DNA of 64,000 bases from Candidatus Micrarchaeota archaeon. Its GTDB lineage: Archaea; Micrarchaeota; Micrarchaeia; Micrarchaeales; CABMGC01. Below are positions 29,124 to 37,970 of the stretch, in pieces (position 1 is the first letter of the stretch; every line of letters begins with the position of its first letter). Made by a program: the position numbers and the translations under genes. The notes under the pieces were generated by a model that saw only the letters and a list, made by a program, of their open reading frames with translations, was not told where the DNA came from and made no database searches. Location: the NCBI GenBank assembly GCA_023270055.1, contig JAGDYB010000008.1, positions 3,438 to 67,437 on the forward strand, given 5' to 3'.

Positions 29124-30938
29124 TCATTTGCCCTTTTCCTTTTCGACTTCTACAGCTTCAGCCGCCTTCTCCACATTCATGCTCTTGCTTACTCCTGGTA
29201 TGCTTATCTTGTCAAGCACCGGTATCCCTCCGTTGACCGGCAGTGCAAAATAGTCTATCATGTTGCCATATGTCTTCTGGTAAAGAGGGTCGTTTTCCAG
29301 CAGCTTTACGTTTCTCATGTATTTGTCAGCCCTGTAATTCCAGTCAGGATGCATCTTCTTCCATTCCTCCGCAGGTATGCTGTACTGTCTCTGTATTTTG
29401 TCCCTGTACACCTCCGGGAACACGTTGAACGTGCAGAACGGAAGAACCTCCCCGTCTGGCATTGCGTAGTGTATGTCGCACTTCTCCACCCTGTGGATGT
29501 CGTACGTATAGTCGTCTTGGAAATGCATCATGCCCAAGAACAGCGTCTTCATGTGGAAAGCCCCGAGTGAGCTGAAGTCATGCTTCGTAAGAATAGAATA
29601 AAGAAGCTTCCCGAAGTTGACCGATTTCGGCTGCTTGTCCTTGTTTATGAGCCCGTTGATGCCAAGCAGAGCCTTCATCGCTATCATCTTCCTCTGTATG
29701 CCGTTCTTTCCCTCCATGGAGTTAACAGCCTTCTGCAGCAGTTCCTCAAGGCCTACGACATCTACAAAGTCCGTTATGGGTATTATCTTGTTGTCGCTGT
29801 CAAGGAACAGGTACGTTCCGGCGCCGCACGCGAAGTGTATGGACAAGTCGTACTGGAACTTGCCCGTGAGCGCCTCAACAAACTTGCTTATGCCGCCAAC
29901 GTAAGGCACCGAAAACCATGCATCCTTAGGTATGGCCCCGTGCGTCTGCTCCTCTATAAGCTTTATCGCGCCAGGTATTGTTATCCTCTGCTGCTGCCTC
30001 ATCCTTGTTGGCATCCTGCCAACGAGCGATACGGGCTGGAAATTCACCGCCCTGACTATGTCTATGTTATCAAGCGCGAAGTTTATCATGGCTCCAAGCT
30101 CCTGCTCGTTTATAGTCCTTATCACCGTTGGCACGAGCACAATGCCGATATGCGCCTTTCTTGCAGCGTCAAGTATATGCGGTATCTCCCAGTGGTTTTT
30201 CGGGTTTGCCCTTGGGCTCACTCCGTCGAAGCTCATGTACAGCGTGCTTACGCCAGCCTTCCTGAGCTTCACCGCCAGATCCGGATTCATGCCAAGGTTT
30301 ATGCCGGTAGTGTTAAGCTGTACCTGGTCGAAGCCGGCCTCTTTCGCCTGCTTGACTATTTCCACTATCTCAGGATGCATAGTCGGTTCGCCACCGGTTA
30401 TTTGTATAGCGTTCGCAGGTATAGGTTTCGCCGACCTTAGGTTGTCAAATATCTTCCTTATCTGCTGCACCGTTGGCTCGTATATGGGCTCGCCCTCCTT
30501 TGCGTAGAAGAAGCAGTACCAGCAGCTAAGATGGCATCTGTTTGTAACGACCACGTTTGCAAGGCCTGTGTGGGTCTTGTGCCTTTCGCATATGCCGCAA
30601 TCGAACGGGCAGTTTTCCCCGGCATTGAGATAGTTAGGGTTGTCGAAGCCCCTGCCGTTGTAGCCATAGCCGCGCATCTTCATGTACATGTCGTAGTCCT
30701 CCCAGTACTTCTCAATGAACCAGCCGTGCTCTGGGCAGTACTTCCTTATCATGACGTTGTCTCCGTCCTTGTAGATCGTGCCCTTTATTATGAGCTTGCA
30801 TTCTGGGCACACTGTCATTGTCTCTTCTATAACTGGCATCTTCTCTATTTCTTCCATTGTCCTGTGGTACGGCTTCAGGTGCTCCGGTACGTCCGGCCCC
30901 TTCGCAGCTTCAGCAACATGTTCTTTTCCAGTTGACAT
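29124..30938 (-). CDS. Radical SAM enzyme, MJ0619/Tes (tetraether lipid synthase, GDGT-MAS)-like
   Basis: 604 aa. N-terminal zinc-ribbon/rubredoxin-like CPEC...CPEHG, an auxiliary cluster motif NCPFDCGICERH and the radical SAM motif CHLSCWYCF. This layout matches my recollection of the MJ0619/Tes family. The specific function is not proven. Confidence 0.6.
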   Translation of the reverse strand: MSTGKEHVAEAAKGPDVPEHLKPYHRTMEEIEKMPVIEETMTVCPECKLIIKGTIYKDGDNVMIRKYCPEHGWFIEKYWEDYDMYMKMRGYGYNGRGFDNPNYLNAGENCPFDCGICERHKTHTGLANVVVTNRCHLSCWYCFFYAKEGEPIYEPTVQQIRKIFDNLRSAKPIPANAIQITGGEPTMHPEIVEIVKQAKEAGFDQVQLNTTGINLGMNPDLAVKLRKAGVSTLYMSFDGVSPRANPKNHWEIPHILDAARKAHIGIVLVPTVIRTINEQELGAMINFALDNIDIVRAVNFQPVSLVGRMPTRMRQQQRITIPGAIKLIEEQTHGAIPKDAWFSVPYVGGISKFVEALTGKFQYDLSIHFACGAGTYLFLDSDNKIIPITDFVDVVGLEELLQKAVNSMEGKNGIQRKMIAMKALLGINGLINKDKQPKSVNFGKLLYSILTKHDFSSLGAFHMKTLFLGMMHFQDDYTYDIHRVEKCDIHYAMPDGEVLPFCTFNVFPEVYRDKIQRQYSIPAEEWKKMHPDWNYRADKYMRNVKLLENDPLYQKTYGNMIDYFALPVNGGIPVLDKISIPGVSKSMNVEKAAEAVEVEKEKGK

Positions 30939-30980
30939 TAATTCACCAAATTATTACTGAGTTATAAACATGCAAAGTAT

Positions 30981-31778
30981 TTAAAATTTGTGCTCCTTTC
31001 CTTTTCCTTCCGATGCTTGTATCCTCTTTATCGCACTCTCGAGCCCGGCCTTCAGCTCGTCTGCAATGAACCTTTTCGAGAAGGCGTCAGCCTTGGCCGC
31101 GATGCTTATCTTGTTTGCATACACCCTAGCTATCTTCCCCCTGAGCTCGCGCTTGCCATTGCTTATGTCAGCCAGCTTGAATATTATGCCATATTTCGGC
31201 GACTTGCTTCCGTACTTCAGGTGCTTGAAGAAGGCCTTCTCCGCGCCGAGCAGTTGTATCGTGCTCGATGGCATCGTGGCAAGCTTTTCCAGCGAGCCGG
31301 CCTTGCCCAGCAGCTCAGCCGCTATATGATAGTCTATTATATATGATACGTTTGGCATGACTCTTTTCGTCGCCGCGGCGAGGTAGGCATCGATCGCCTT
31401 CTGAACGTCGCTGAGCCTGAGATAGTTGCTCGCCACCTCTTTTATTGCCACATATTCGTCGCTGTTTGGCTCCCTGCCCATGCTTTGCTCCGCCAGCCTT
31501 GCCACTTCCTCCGCAGCTTTGCTGCCGAGCAGCTCTGCAAGCTTGCCCTTTTCCACCTTTTTCTTGTCCATCCCGAAGCTTACCACAAATCTCGCATAGC
31601 TTTCCGGATTGCTCAGTTTGAGCTCTGGGAAATACAAGCTGTACCATTCGTTTAGCCTTTCGTAAACCAGATTCATTATCTTGTCTATCTCGAGGTACGT
31701 GCTTATTGCCTGCATGAGCGGGTACTCCTCGCTGCTGTACGCTTCAGCTATGCCGCTCTTCGCCCTCTCTATTAGCAT
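30981..31778 (-). CDS. nop5: Nop5 (Nop56/58) box C/D RNP core protein, short form
   Basis: Nop-domain motifs LLGAEKAFFKHLKYGSKSPKYGIIF and ARVYANKISIAAKADAF. I prefer ATG at 31778 (MLIERAK...), preceded by GAGGAGA. The 45 extra residues of the tracked ORF (to 31913) translate an A/T-rich promoter-like region. Confidence 0.8.
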   Translation of the reverse strand: MLIERAKSGIAEAYSSEEYPLMQAISTYLEIDKIMNLVYERLNEWYSLYFPELKLSNPESYARFVVSFGMDKKKVEKGKLAELLGSKAAEEVARLAEQSMGREPNSDEYVAIKEVASNYLRLSDVQKAIDAYLAAATKRVMPNVSYIIDYHIAAELLGKAGSLEKLATMPSSTIQLLGAEKAFFKHLKYGSKSPKYGIIFKLADISNGKRELRGKIARVYANKISIAAKADAFSKRFIADELKAGLESAIKRIQASEGKGKEHKF

Positions 31779-31995
31779 TCTCCTCTTCTTCTCCCTTTCC
31801 TCAAATTCGCTCCCCAAAAGAACACCTAAACTATTTGCCCGGATAAAAATAAAAAAATGGCAGTTGCCGCAAAAGTGCAAACTCGCATCAAATGCGGATA
31901 TTACCAGCATCAATGTTAAAGATATTATTGAAACTGTATTATATATTGATGCATAAGCAATTTAGATTTAACCCCTTATAATCTCTTAGATATTT

Positions 31996-33459
31996 ATGGA
32001 AGGCAACGTTGGCATACAGGACATAGTCGCCAGGAGGGGCATATACTATCAGGCGTTCGGCATATACCACGAGGTTGGCGGCTTCTTCGACTACGGGCCG
32101 GTTGGCGTAAGAATAAGAAGGAACATAGAATCGGCATGGCGCAATATATTCGTTGAGCAGCTCGGCGCCGTGGAAATAGAAACGACAACAATAATGCCAG
32201 AGCAAGTATTCAAGGCAAGCGGGCACCTCAGCACGTTCGCCGATCCGATAACAAAGTGCTTGAAGTGCGGCACACACTACCGAGCAGACAAGCTGCTTGA
32301 GGAATACTACGAAAAGAAGGGCGAGAGCAAGAAGGAGGAGGAGATAAAGAAGATGGACATAGGGCAGCTTGACGGCGAAATAAGGAAAAACGGCATAAAG
32401 TGCGAGAAATGCGGCGGAGAGCTTTCAAAGGTGGAAAGATTCAATTTGATGTTTCAGACGCAGATAGGTCCTCTTACTACGGACAAGGGCTATTTAAGGC
32501 CCGAGACTGCGCAGGGTATGTTCGTGGATTTCAAGTACCTGTTCCGCATATCGGGGGCCAAGCTGCCTATGGCGGTGGCGCAGGTGGGGAAAGTGTACAG
32601 GAACGAGATATCCCCGCGACAGCAGCTGGTCCGGCTCAGGGAGTTCTCGCAGATGGAAACTGAGCTTTTCTTCGATCCAGAGGAGATGCCAGGCGAGGTG
32701 GGCGAAATTTCTGTGGACGCAATACTGGGCGCAAAGCTCAATTTCGAAGAGGCAGGGAAGGAGGAGGTAAGGGAAAGGAGCATAGGCGAGCTGCTTGAAG
32801 CAGGCAAAATACCAAACAAAATGCTTGCGCTGCTGATATACCTTGAAAAGAGGCTTGTTGACACTTTGGGCATTCCAACGGAGCTTTGCAGGTTCAGGGA
32901 GTTGGAGAAGGAGGAATTGCCGCACTATTCGAAGGGCAACATAGACTTGGAGGTCAAGACATCATACGGCTACATAGAAATCGCGGGAAATGCCTACAGG
33001 ACTGATTACGACCTTTCGTCGCACGCGAAGCTTTCCGGCACCGACCTTTCGGTGACGAGCGGCAGCAAGAAGCTCGTACCGCACGTTGCAGAGGCCAGTA
33101 TCGGAATAGACAGGACGCTGTTCGCGCTTCTTGACAGCTCACTTCAGACTGGAGACAGGGATTGGGCTTGGCTCAGGCTGAGCAGCGCCGCAGCACCATA
33201 CCAGTACGCAATCTTCCCGCTCCAGAAGGACGAGAAGCTGGAAGCAAAGGCGCGCGAGATATATAAAAAGCTTGCGGCTCGCGGTTTGCAGGCATACTAT
33301 TCAAGCTCCGGCAGCATAGGAAAAAGGTATGCGAGGGCAGACGAGATAGGCGTGCCTTCGTGCATGACCATAGACTACCAAACGCTGGAAGATGGCACAG
33401 TTACGGTAAGAAACAGGGACACGATGAAGCAGGAGCGCGTTGAGGAAGGCAAGCTGTGA
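31996..33459 (+). CDS. glyS: Glycine--tRNA ligase (archaeal/eukaryotic dimeric type)
   Basis: ARRGIYYQAFGIYHEVGGFFDYGPVG, LRPETAQG and FSQMETELF class II motifs. 487 aa. Confidence 0.92.
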   Translation: MEGNVGIQDIVARRGIYYQAFGIYHEVGGFFDYGPVGVRIRRNIESAWRNIFVEQLGAVEIETTTIMPEQVFKASGHLSTFADPITKCLKCGTHYRADKLLEEYYEKKGESKKEEEIKKMDIGQLDGEIRKNGIKCEKCGGELSKVERFNLMFQTQIGPLTTDKGYLRPETAQGMFVDFKYLFRISGAKLPMAVAQVGKVYRNEISPRQQLVRLREFSQMETELFFDPEEMPGEVGEISVDAILGAKLNFEEAGKEEVRERSIGELLEAGKIPNKMLALLIYLEKRLVDTLGIPTELCRFRELEKEELPHYSKGNIDLEVKTSYGYIEIAGNAYRTDYDLSSHAKLSGTDLSVTSGSKKLVPHVAEASIGIDRTLFALLDSSLQTGDRDWAWLRLSSAAAPYQYAIFPLQKDEKLEAKAREIYKKLAARGLQAYYSSSGSIGKRYARADEIGVPSCMTIDYQTLEDGTVTVRNRDTMKQERVEEGKL

Positions 33460-34376
33460 GTCATGGCATGGATGGGGAAAAATACATAAGCGTGCGCGAC
33501 TTCAGCTTGAAGTATACGGTGGAGAGCGCACAGCCGCTCACCTTCTACGGCGACATTGAAAGCGGGGGCAATGCCGTTTCGTTTGTCAGCGGAAGCACAA
33601 AGGTTTTTGTGAGGCAGAAGGGAAGAAAACTCTATTTCCGCCGCATTGGTTCGGCGAGTGCCGGCAGCGTGGAGAAGGAGCTGCGCAGAAGGTTCGGCTT
33701 GGATCACGACATGCGGAGAATATACGAAAGCATAGATACAGATCCTTTCATGCACAGCGCAATAGAAAAATATCGCGGCATGCGCGTAACGCTGAACGAC
33801 CCTTGGGAGACTGCGCTGTCGTTCGTGGTATCACAGTTCAACAACGTCAAGCGCATCAGGGGAATAATGAAATGCATGATAAGCAGGTTCGGCGAGCAGG
33901 TGAAGTACGGCACAAGCGGCGTTGCATTCAACAAGTTTCCATCGTACCAAGCGCTTGCGGAGGCGAGCGTGTCAGATCTGATGCGCTGCGGCGCCGGCTT
34001 CAGGGCGAAGTACATAAAAGAGATGGCAGCGGAATTGTCCGCGGGCTTCAGCCTGCGCGAGATTCGCGGAATGAGTTATGAAAGGGCAAAGGAAAGGCTG
34101 ATGGAGCTTAAGGGTATTGGGGACAAAGTGGCCGACTGCATACTGCTCATGGGCTATGGCAAGCTTGAGGCGTTTCCGATAGATACCTGGGTGAAGCGCA
34201 TAGTTGAGCATGTCTATTTCAACGGTGGAAAAAAGAGCGTTAAGGAGATTCATGCTTTTGCGCAGGAGATGTGGGGCAAGCACGCCGGATACGCCCAGCA
34301 GTACCTGTTCTGGCACGGAAGGGAAGCGAAGGTAGGAAAGCGCGGCCAAGCCTCTGTTGCGGCAACAGAAAAATAG
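33456..34376 (+). CDS. ogg: 8-oxoguanine DNA glycosylase / HhH-GPD family (archaeal Ogg-like)
   Basis: HhH-GPD motif LMELKGIGDKVADCILLMGYGKLEAFPIDTWVKR. ATGA-type overlap with glyS. Confidence 0.8.
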   Translation: MSHGMDGEKYISVRDFSLKYTVESAQPLTFYGDIESGGNAVSFVSGSTKVFVRQKGRKLYFRRIGSASAGSVEKELRRRFGLDHDMRRIYESIDTDPFMHSAIEKYRGMRVTLNDPWETALSFVVSQFNNVKRIRGIMKCMISRFGEQVKYGTSGVAFNKFPSYQALAEASVSDLMRCGAGFRAKYIKEMAAELSAGFSLREIRGMSYERAKERLMELKGIGDKVADCILLMGYGKLEAFPIDTWVKRIVEHVYFNGGKKSVKEIHAFAQEMWGKHAGYAQQYLFWHGREAKVGKRGQASVAATEK

Positions 34377-34417
34377 AATAATAATAAAAACTTTAAAACA
34401 AAAATGACACATGAGGT

Positions 34418-34978
34418 GTGGAGGTGCTTGGGGAAATAAACGGGCTTACCGGAAAGATAGCCAAGATGCAGGAAAGGCTTGACAAGGTAATGGAGCTGTC
34501 GAGGGAAGTGGTCAGGCTCAGCGGCGAAGCAATGTCCGCAATACACGCGAAGGACAGCGCAAAGCTGCGCGCAAAGACGAAGGAGCTGGGTGCAAAGATG
34601 AAAAGCCTCAAGGCCGTAGAACGCGGCTTCGAGTACTACTCGCAGGACGCGCACCAGGAGTATGTGGAGCTGATGATGCTTGACAGCATATTGAGCAGCG
34701 GCAGGGTGCCAACAAGCAAGGAGCTGAAGGAAAAGCCCATAGCATACATACTGGGCATGATGGACGTCGTCGGCGAGCTCAAACGAGAGGCGCTTGACGA
34801 GCTCATGAAGGGCAACGTGGAAAAGGCAAAGAGCTACTACGGCTTCATGAAGGAGATATACGACTCGACGCTGCACATACGCTTCGCGAACTCTCTAATG
34901 CCGGGCTTCAGGAGAAAACAGGACACAGCGAGAATACAAATAGAAGGAATAGCGGCGGAGCTCATAAGCAGGCGCTGA
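34418..34978 (+). CDS. Translin-family protein
   Basis: 186 aa, all-helical. The YILGMMDVVGELKREALD motif is typical of translin/TRAX-like proteins. Confidence 0.7.
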   Translation: MEVLGEINGLTGKIAKMQERLDKVMELSREVVRLSGEAMSAIHAKDSAKLRAKTKELGAKMKSLKAVERGFEYYSQDAHQEYVELMMLDSILSSGRVPTSKELKEKPIAYILGMMDVVGELKREALDELMKGNVEKAKSYYGFMKEIYDSTLHIRFANSLMPGFRRKQDTARIQIEGIAAELISRR

Positions 34979-35056
34979 TGAGCGTGCACTGAGCTTCAAT
35001 TGCAGCATTGCTAATATTTAAATACTTTATTATCTCACTATAAGTAGAGTGATGGT

Positions 35057-35629
35057 ATGAAGCTAAGGAAATCAAAAGCGCAAAGCGCTATGGAATATTT
35101 GATGACATACGGCTGGGCAATATTGATAATTGCCGTGGTGCTTGGAGCACTATTCAGCCTCGGCGTGTTCAAGGGAACGGTAGGTTCGCACTGCATTGCT
35201 GTGCCTCCATTCACGTGCCAGACGCCAACAATGACAACTGCCGGTGTGGTTTCAGTGCCAATCGGTGTTGCAACTGAGTCGATAAATGTTTATGCAGCGG
35301 CGTGTTCATCTGCTTCTAGCGGTACAGGCTATCCACTTTATGGCAACATTGGTGTATCTCCAGCAGGAAATAATGCACTGTCTACTGTGGCTCCGTCGCT
35401 AGGTGGAACACCATTACCAACAACACCTTCTGGTCCAGTTGTATTAAATGCTGGAACTATAGAAACATTAATTGTATCTTGCCTTTCTAGCAATACTGCA
35501 TTGGCGGCGACGTCATATCCAATCGGCTCTTCATTCACCGGAACAATCTGGCTGAACTACACAACAGGAACTAGCAGCACACCTATCGTGCAGCCGATAA
35601 CATCTTCGTTCTCAGTAACAGCATCCTGA
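35057..35629 (+). CDS. Type IV pilin-like protein with class III signal peptide
   Basis: MKLRKSKA|QSAMEYLMTYGWAILIIAVVLGALFSL is a textbook archaeal prepilin N-terminus. The mature part is 160 aa, Ser/Thr-rich, with two Cys pairs. Confidence 0.8.
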   Translation: MKLRKSKAQSAMEYLMTYGWAILIIAVVLGALFSLGVFKGTVGSHCIAVPPFTCQTPTMTTAGVVSVPIGVATESINVYAAACSSASSGTGYPLYGNIGVSPAGNNALSTVAPSLGGTPLPTTPSGPVVLNAGTIETLIVSCLSSNTALAATSYPIGSSFTGTIWLNYTTGTSSTPIVQPITSSFSVTAS

Positions 35630-35635
35630 ACAGCA

Positions 35636-35695
35636 GCTTTTCTTTCTTTTATTTTTAATTTTTGCTTCTTGTTCTTTTTAATTAGTTTTTCTGTT
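35636..35695. terminator. Oligo-T rich bidirectional termination region between convergent genes
   Basis: The sequence cttttctttcttttatttttaatttttgcttcttgttctttttaattagtttttctgtttt contains several T5-T6 tracts, the usual archaeal intrinsic termination signal. Confidence 0.5.
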
Positions 35696-35702
35696 TTCCT
35701 AT

Positions 35703-36620
35703 CTACTTGTCTTGTTTCTGCTTTCTCATATCAAGAAGAGTCATAAGTTCATTCGCGTTGAGCAGCGGCTTCCTGAGCCTGTCCGTGTCTTCTGTCGCGA
35801 GCCTTGGGCATGCAGTGTTGACGAATGCGTCTATCTCCATCATGTTGTTAAGGGAGTCAAAGTCGAAGGTGTTTGATACCAGTATTGCAGCTTCGCTTCC
35901 AGCCTTTTCAATCCTTTCCTTCAGCACTTTTGCCAGGTTCAAGTTGTATTGTCCTATCTTCGTACTCACCAGTATGCCAAACCTCTTTGCGTCGAAGCTC
36001 CTCAGGATCTTGCCATTCACCTCCCTCCTGTGCCTTTCCCTGTAATCGTCAAGCCATTCCATCTTGTGTGCAAAGGGCTCTATGGAAAGGAAGGGCTTCG
36101 TTGTCTGGTAAACGGCTCCTAGCGGGTGAAATAGCCCTCCTCCAAAATAGATGAAGCATTCAACTTCCCTGTCTATGCTTGCTGCACTGCCCACGTCGCA
36201 GCCCAGTATCTGCCCGTTGTGCCTGGCAAAGCCATAAGGTCTGCCTATTATAACCTCCTTTCCGTTTTTCTCGTAAAAGTTCTTTATGTCTTCAAGCTGC
36301 GCCACGTGCTGCACCGTTGTGACTATGCCTATTTTCCTGAATTTTTCAATTAGGGGAAGGCTTTCCTTAAGTATCGACAAATCAGCATTTATACTGTATT
36401 CCACATACTCCACGTTGAAATCAATGTGCACGAATTCAGCGTGACCGAAGTGTACTATCTTTTCTGCCCCTATTTTTTTGGCCTCTTCAACAGCTATGTC
36501 GCACGCACCAAAAGTCGGGGAAGCTGAAATGTATACCTCGTCTCCCTTTTCTTCAAGCTTTTTCGCATACTCCAAGCCGTACTGTTTCAAGCCTTCAGGG
36601 AATTGTAGTAGCACTTTCAT
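35703..36620 (-). CDS. dph2: Diphthamide synthase subunit Dph2 (2-(3-amino-3-carboxypropyl)histidine synthase)
   Basis: MKVLLQFPEGLKQYGLEYAKKLEEKGDEVYISASPTFGACD... and a conserved Cys triad context. 305 aa. Confidence 0.88.
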   Translation of the reverse strand: MKVLLQFPEGLKQYGLEYAKKLEEKGDEVYISASPTFGACDIAVEEAKKIGAEKIVHFGHAEFVHIDFNVEYVEYSINADLSILKESLPLIEKFRKIGIVTTVQHVAQLEDIKNFYEKNGKEVIIGRPYGFARHNGQILGCDVGSAASIDREVECFIYFGGGLFHPLGAVYQTTKPFLSIEPFAHKMEWLDDYRERHRREVNGKILRSFDAKRFGILVSTKIGQYNLNLAKVLKERIEKAGSEAAILVSNTFDFDSLNNMMEIDAFVNTACPRLATEDTDRLRKPLLNANELMTLLDMRKQKQDK

Positions 36621-36624
36621 GGGA

Positions 36625-37167
36625 TCATGCGGGGCTTTTGGCCTGCTGCAGCTCCTCGACCACTATTTTGTAGGTGCCTGACAGCTTTGAGGAAGCCCTG
36701 CGCATTGCCTCCTTTACTACGTTTACCTTGTCCTTAGAGCTTTTCATCTCAAATACCGTTTGCCCCTTGGATACTCTTGCAGCGACCGAAACGGGCTTGC
36801 CGAATGCCAGGGTCATACCCTGGGAAATTCTGTCTGCGCCTGCACCCGTAGCCATCTTCTTTTCTCTTATCACGTTGTGCGGATAAGTTATTACCTTGAA
36901 TAAGTATGCGTTCGGTATTTCCCTTTCCAAGTACTTGTTTGCAGCCTCTCTAGCAGCCTCAAGTGCGTTGGATCTGAGCTGTATGTCGTAGTTTGATACA
37001 AGCCTCGCCTTTATATCATAGCTTGGCTTGTCAACCCCCATTTTGAATATAAGAAGGCTCGTGTGCGGCAGTGCCTTTACATAACTCTTCCTAGGCTTTC
37101 TCCTCGAATACCTGCTCCATGCCTGGCTGTTTACCTTTCTTACGCTCCTTGCTGGCCTCAATTTCAT
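36625..37167 (-). CDS. rpl10e: 50S ribosomal protein L10e (uL16)
   Basis: MKLRPARSVRKVNSQAWSRYSRRKPRKSYVKALP... is the conserved L10e N-terminus, with ATG at 37167. The tracked ORF's upstream 81 codons (to 37410) read through intergenic DNA. Confidence 0.9.
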   Translation of the reverse strand: MKLRPARSVRKVNSQAWSRYSRRKPRKSYVKALPHTSLLIFKMGVDKPSYDIKARLVSNYDIQLRSNALEAAREAANKYLEREIPNAYLFKVITYPHNVIREKKMATGAGADRISQGMTLAFGKPVSVAARVSKGQTVFEMKSSKDKVNVVKEAMRRASSKLSGTYKIVVEELQQAKSPA

Positions 37168-37278
37168 AATAACACCGTAAACTCGGGACAACGAGATTAT
37201 ACTTTTATTTTGTATAATAAGATTTATATAACTGACGTGCCCTTTAAAGTCCAGAAAATTGACATCTACCATAAAAAC

Positions 37279-37352
37279 ATGCAGGATTTTCGTATTCTCG
37301 GCATGCCCTGGCTTTATCAAGAATAAGAAACTGTCAAATACCAACTTGCTAT
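37279..37352. repeat. Copy A of an ~80-bp imperfect direct repeat (partner at 37785-37867)
   Basis: A: gcaggattttcgtattctcggcatgccctggctttatcaagaataagaaactgtcaaataccaacttgct. B: gcaagatttcgtatttgatattcttggcatgctcgaagtttatcgagaataagaaattgtcaaatgtcaatttgct. About 80% identity with one 7-nt indel, aligned by eye. Confidence 0.75.
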
Positions 37353-37700
37353 TCACTTTCTGCGAATTGAAAAATTGGCGCCCTCTACGCTTTGCAGCGC
37401 ATCGGCCCACACCTTAACCCTGGCTTCAGCAATCCGTCTTGGCGCGTCGCTGAGCATGGCAAGCCCCCTCTCGTTAAGACGGTAACTGTTGTTGCGTTTT
37501 TCAACAAAAAGTGCAAGCGGCAGGCGGTTCAATTGTGAGTAGAATTCATCGATGCTGTCCCTGAGAAATTTGATACCAACACCAGCGTAATCCGCTATTT
37601 CATCTGCTGTCCTCGTGCCGTGCCCTATATATAGTATTATTTTGGCAAGCAACGGCGCCACAGCATTAGCATCGTCTATTGCGCTACACTCTTTATCCAC
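37353..37700 (-). CDS. Small winged-helix (wHTH) DNA-binding protein, divergent from the T4SS-like operon
   Basis: 115 aa. ILYIGHGTRTADEIADYAGVGIKFLRDSIDEF...NNSYRLNERGLAML fits an HTH plus wing pattern. Confidence 0.6.
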   Translation of the reverse strand: MDKECSAIDDANAVAPLLAKIILYIGHGTRTADEIADYAGVGIKFLRDSIDEFYSQLNRLPLALFVEKRNNSYRLNERGLAMLSDAPRRIAEARVKVWADALQSVEGANFSIRRK

Positions 37701-37784
37701 AATATTAATCGGATAAAAAAATCTATAAAATGCTTATCTCCAGCACTTATGTTTATGGGTTCAGCGTCTATCTATTTAAGAGCT

Positions 37785-37867
37785 TGCAAGATTTCGTATT
37801 TGATATTCTTGGCATGCTCGAAGTTTATCGAGAATAAGAAATTGTCAAATGTCAATTTGCTGTGGCT
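37785..37867. repeat. Copy B of the ~80-bp imperfect direct repeat (partner at 37279-37352)
   Basis: See copy A. It lies between the wHTH gene start (37700) and the operon start (37971). Confidence 0.75.
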
Positions 37868-37912
37868 CCGCTTCCTTTGGCGTTGCCACAATTTTCTATT
37901 AAGGCGTCTACC

Positions 37913-37966
37913 AAAATATTTATATATTTATTTAAGTATATAATTTTGTATCAAAGTATAAGGTGA
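37913..37966 (+). promoter_or_regulatory. Putative promoter and SD of the T4SS-like operon
   Basis: The A/T-rich stretch aaaatatttatatatttatttaagtatataattttgta has several TATA-like boxes. AGGTGA (37961-37966) lies 4 nt before ATG 37971. Confidence 0.5.
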
Positions 37967-37970
37967 ATAC

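Noticed and set aside
28710-30935. Long + strand ORFs (28710-29570, 29580-30440, 29932-30507, 30531-30935) opposite the radical SAM gene and its partner
   Set aside because: Their translations are Leu/Arg/Val/His-rich with no motifs, which is typical of antisense shadow frames. The minus-strand products carry clear radical SAM motifs.
34250-34876. 208-aa minus-strand ORF opposite the translin and ogg genes
   Set aside because: Its His/Leu/Cys-rich shadow translation spans an intergenic gap between two well-supported + strand genes.
37168-37410. 81-codon N-terminal extension of the L10e ORF
   Set aside because: The conserved L10e N-terminus starts at ATG 37167. The extension reads through A/T-rich intergenic DNA and repeat copy A.
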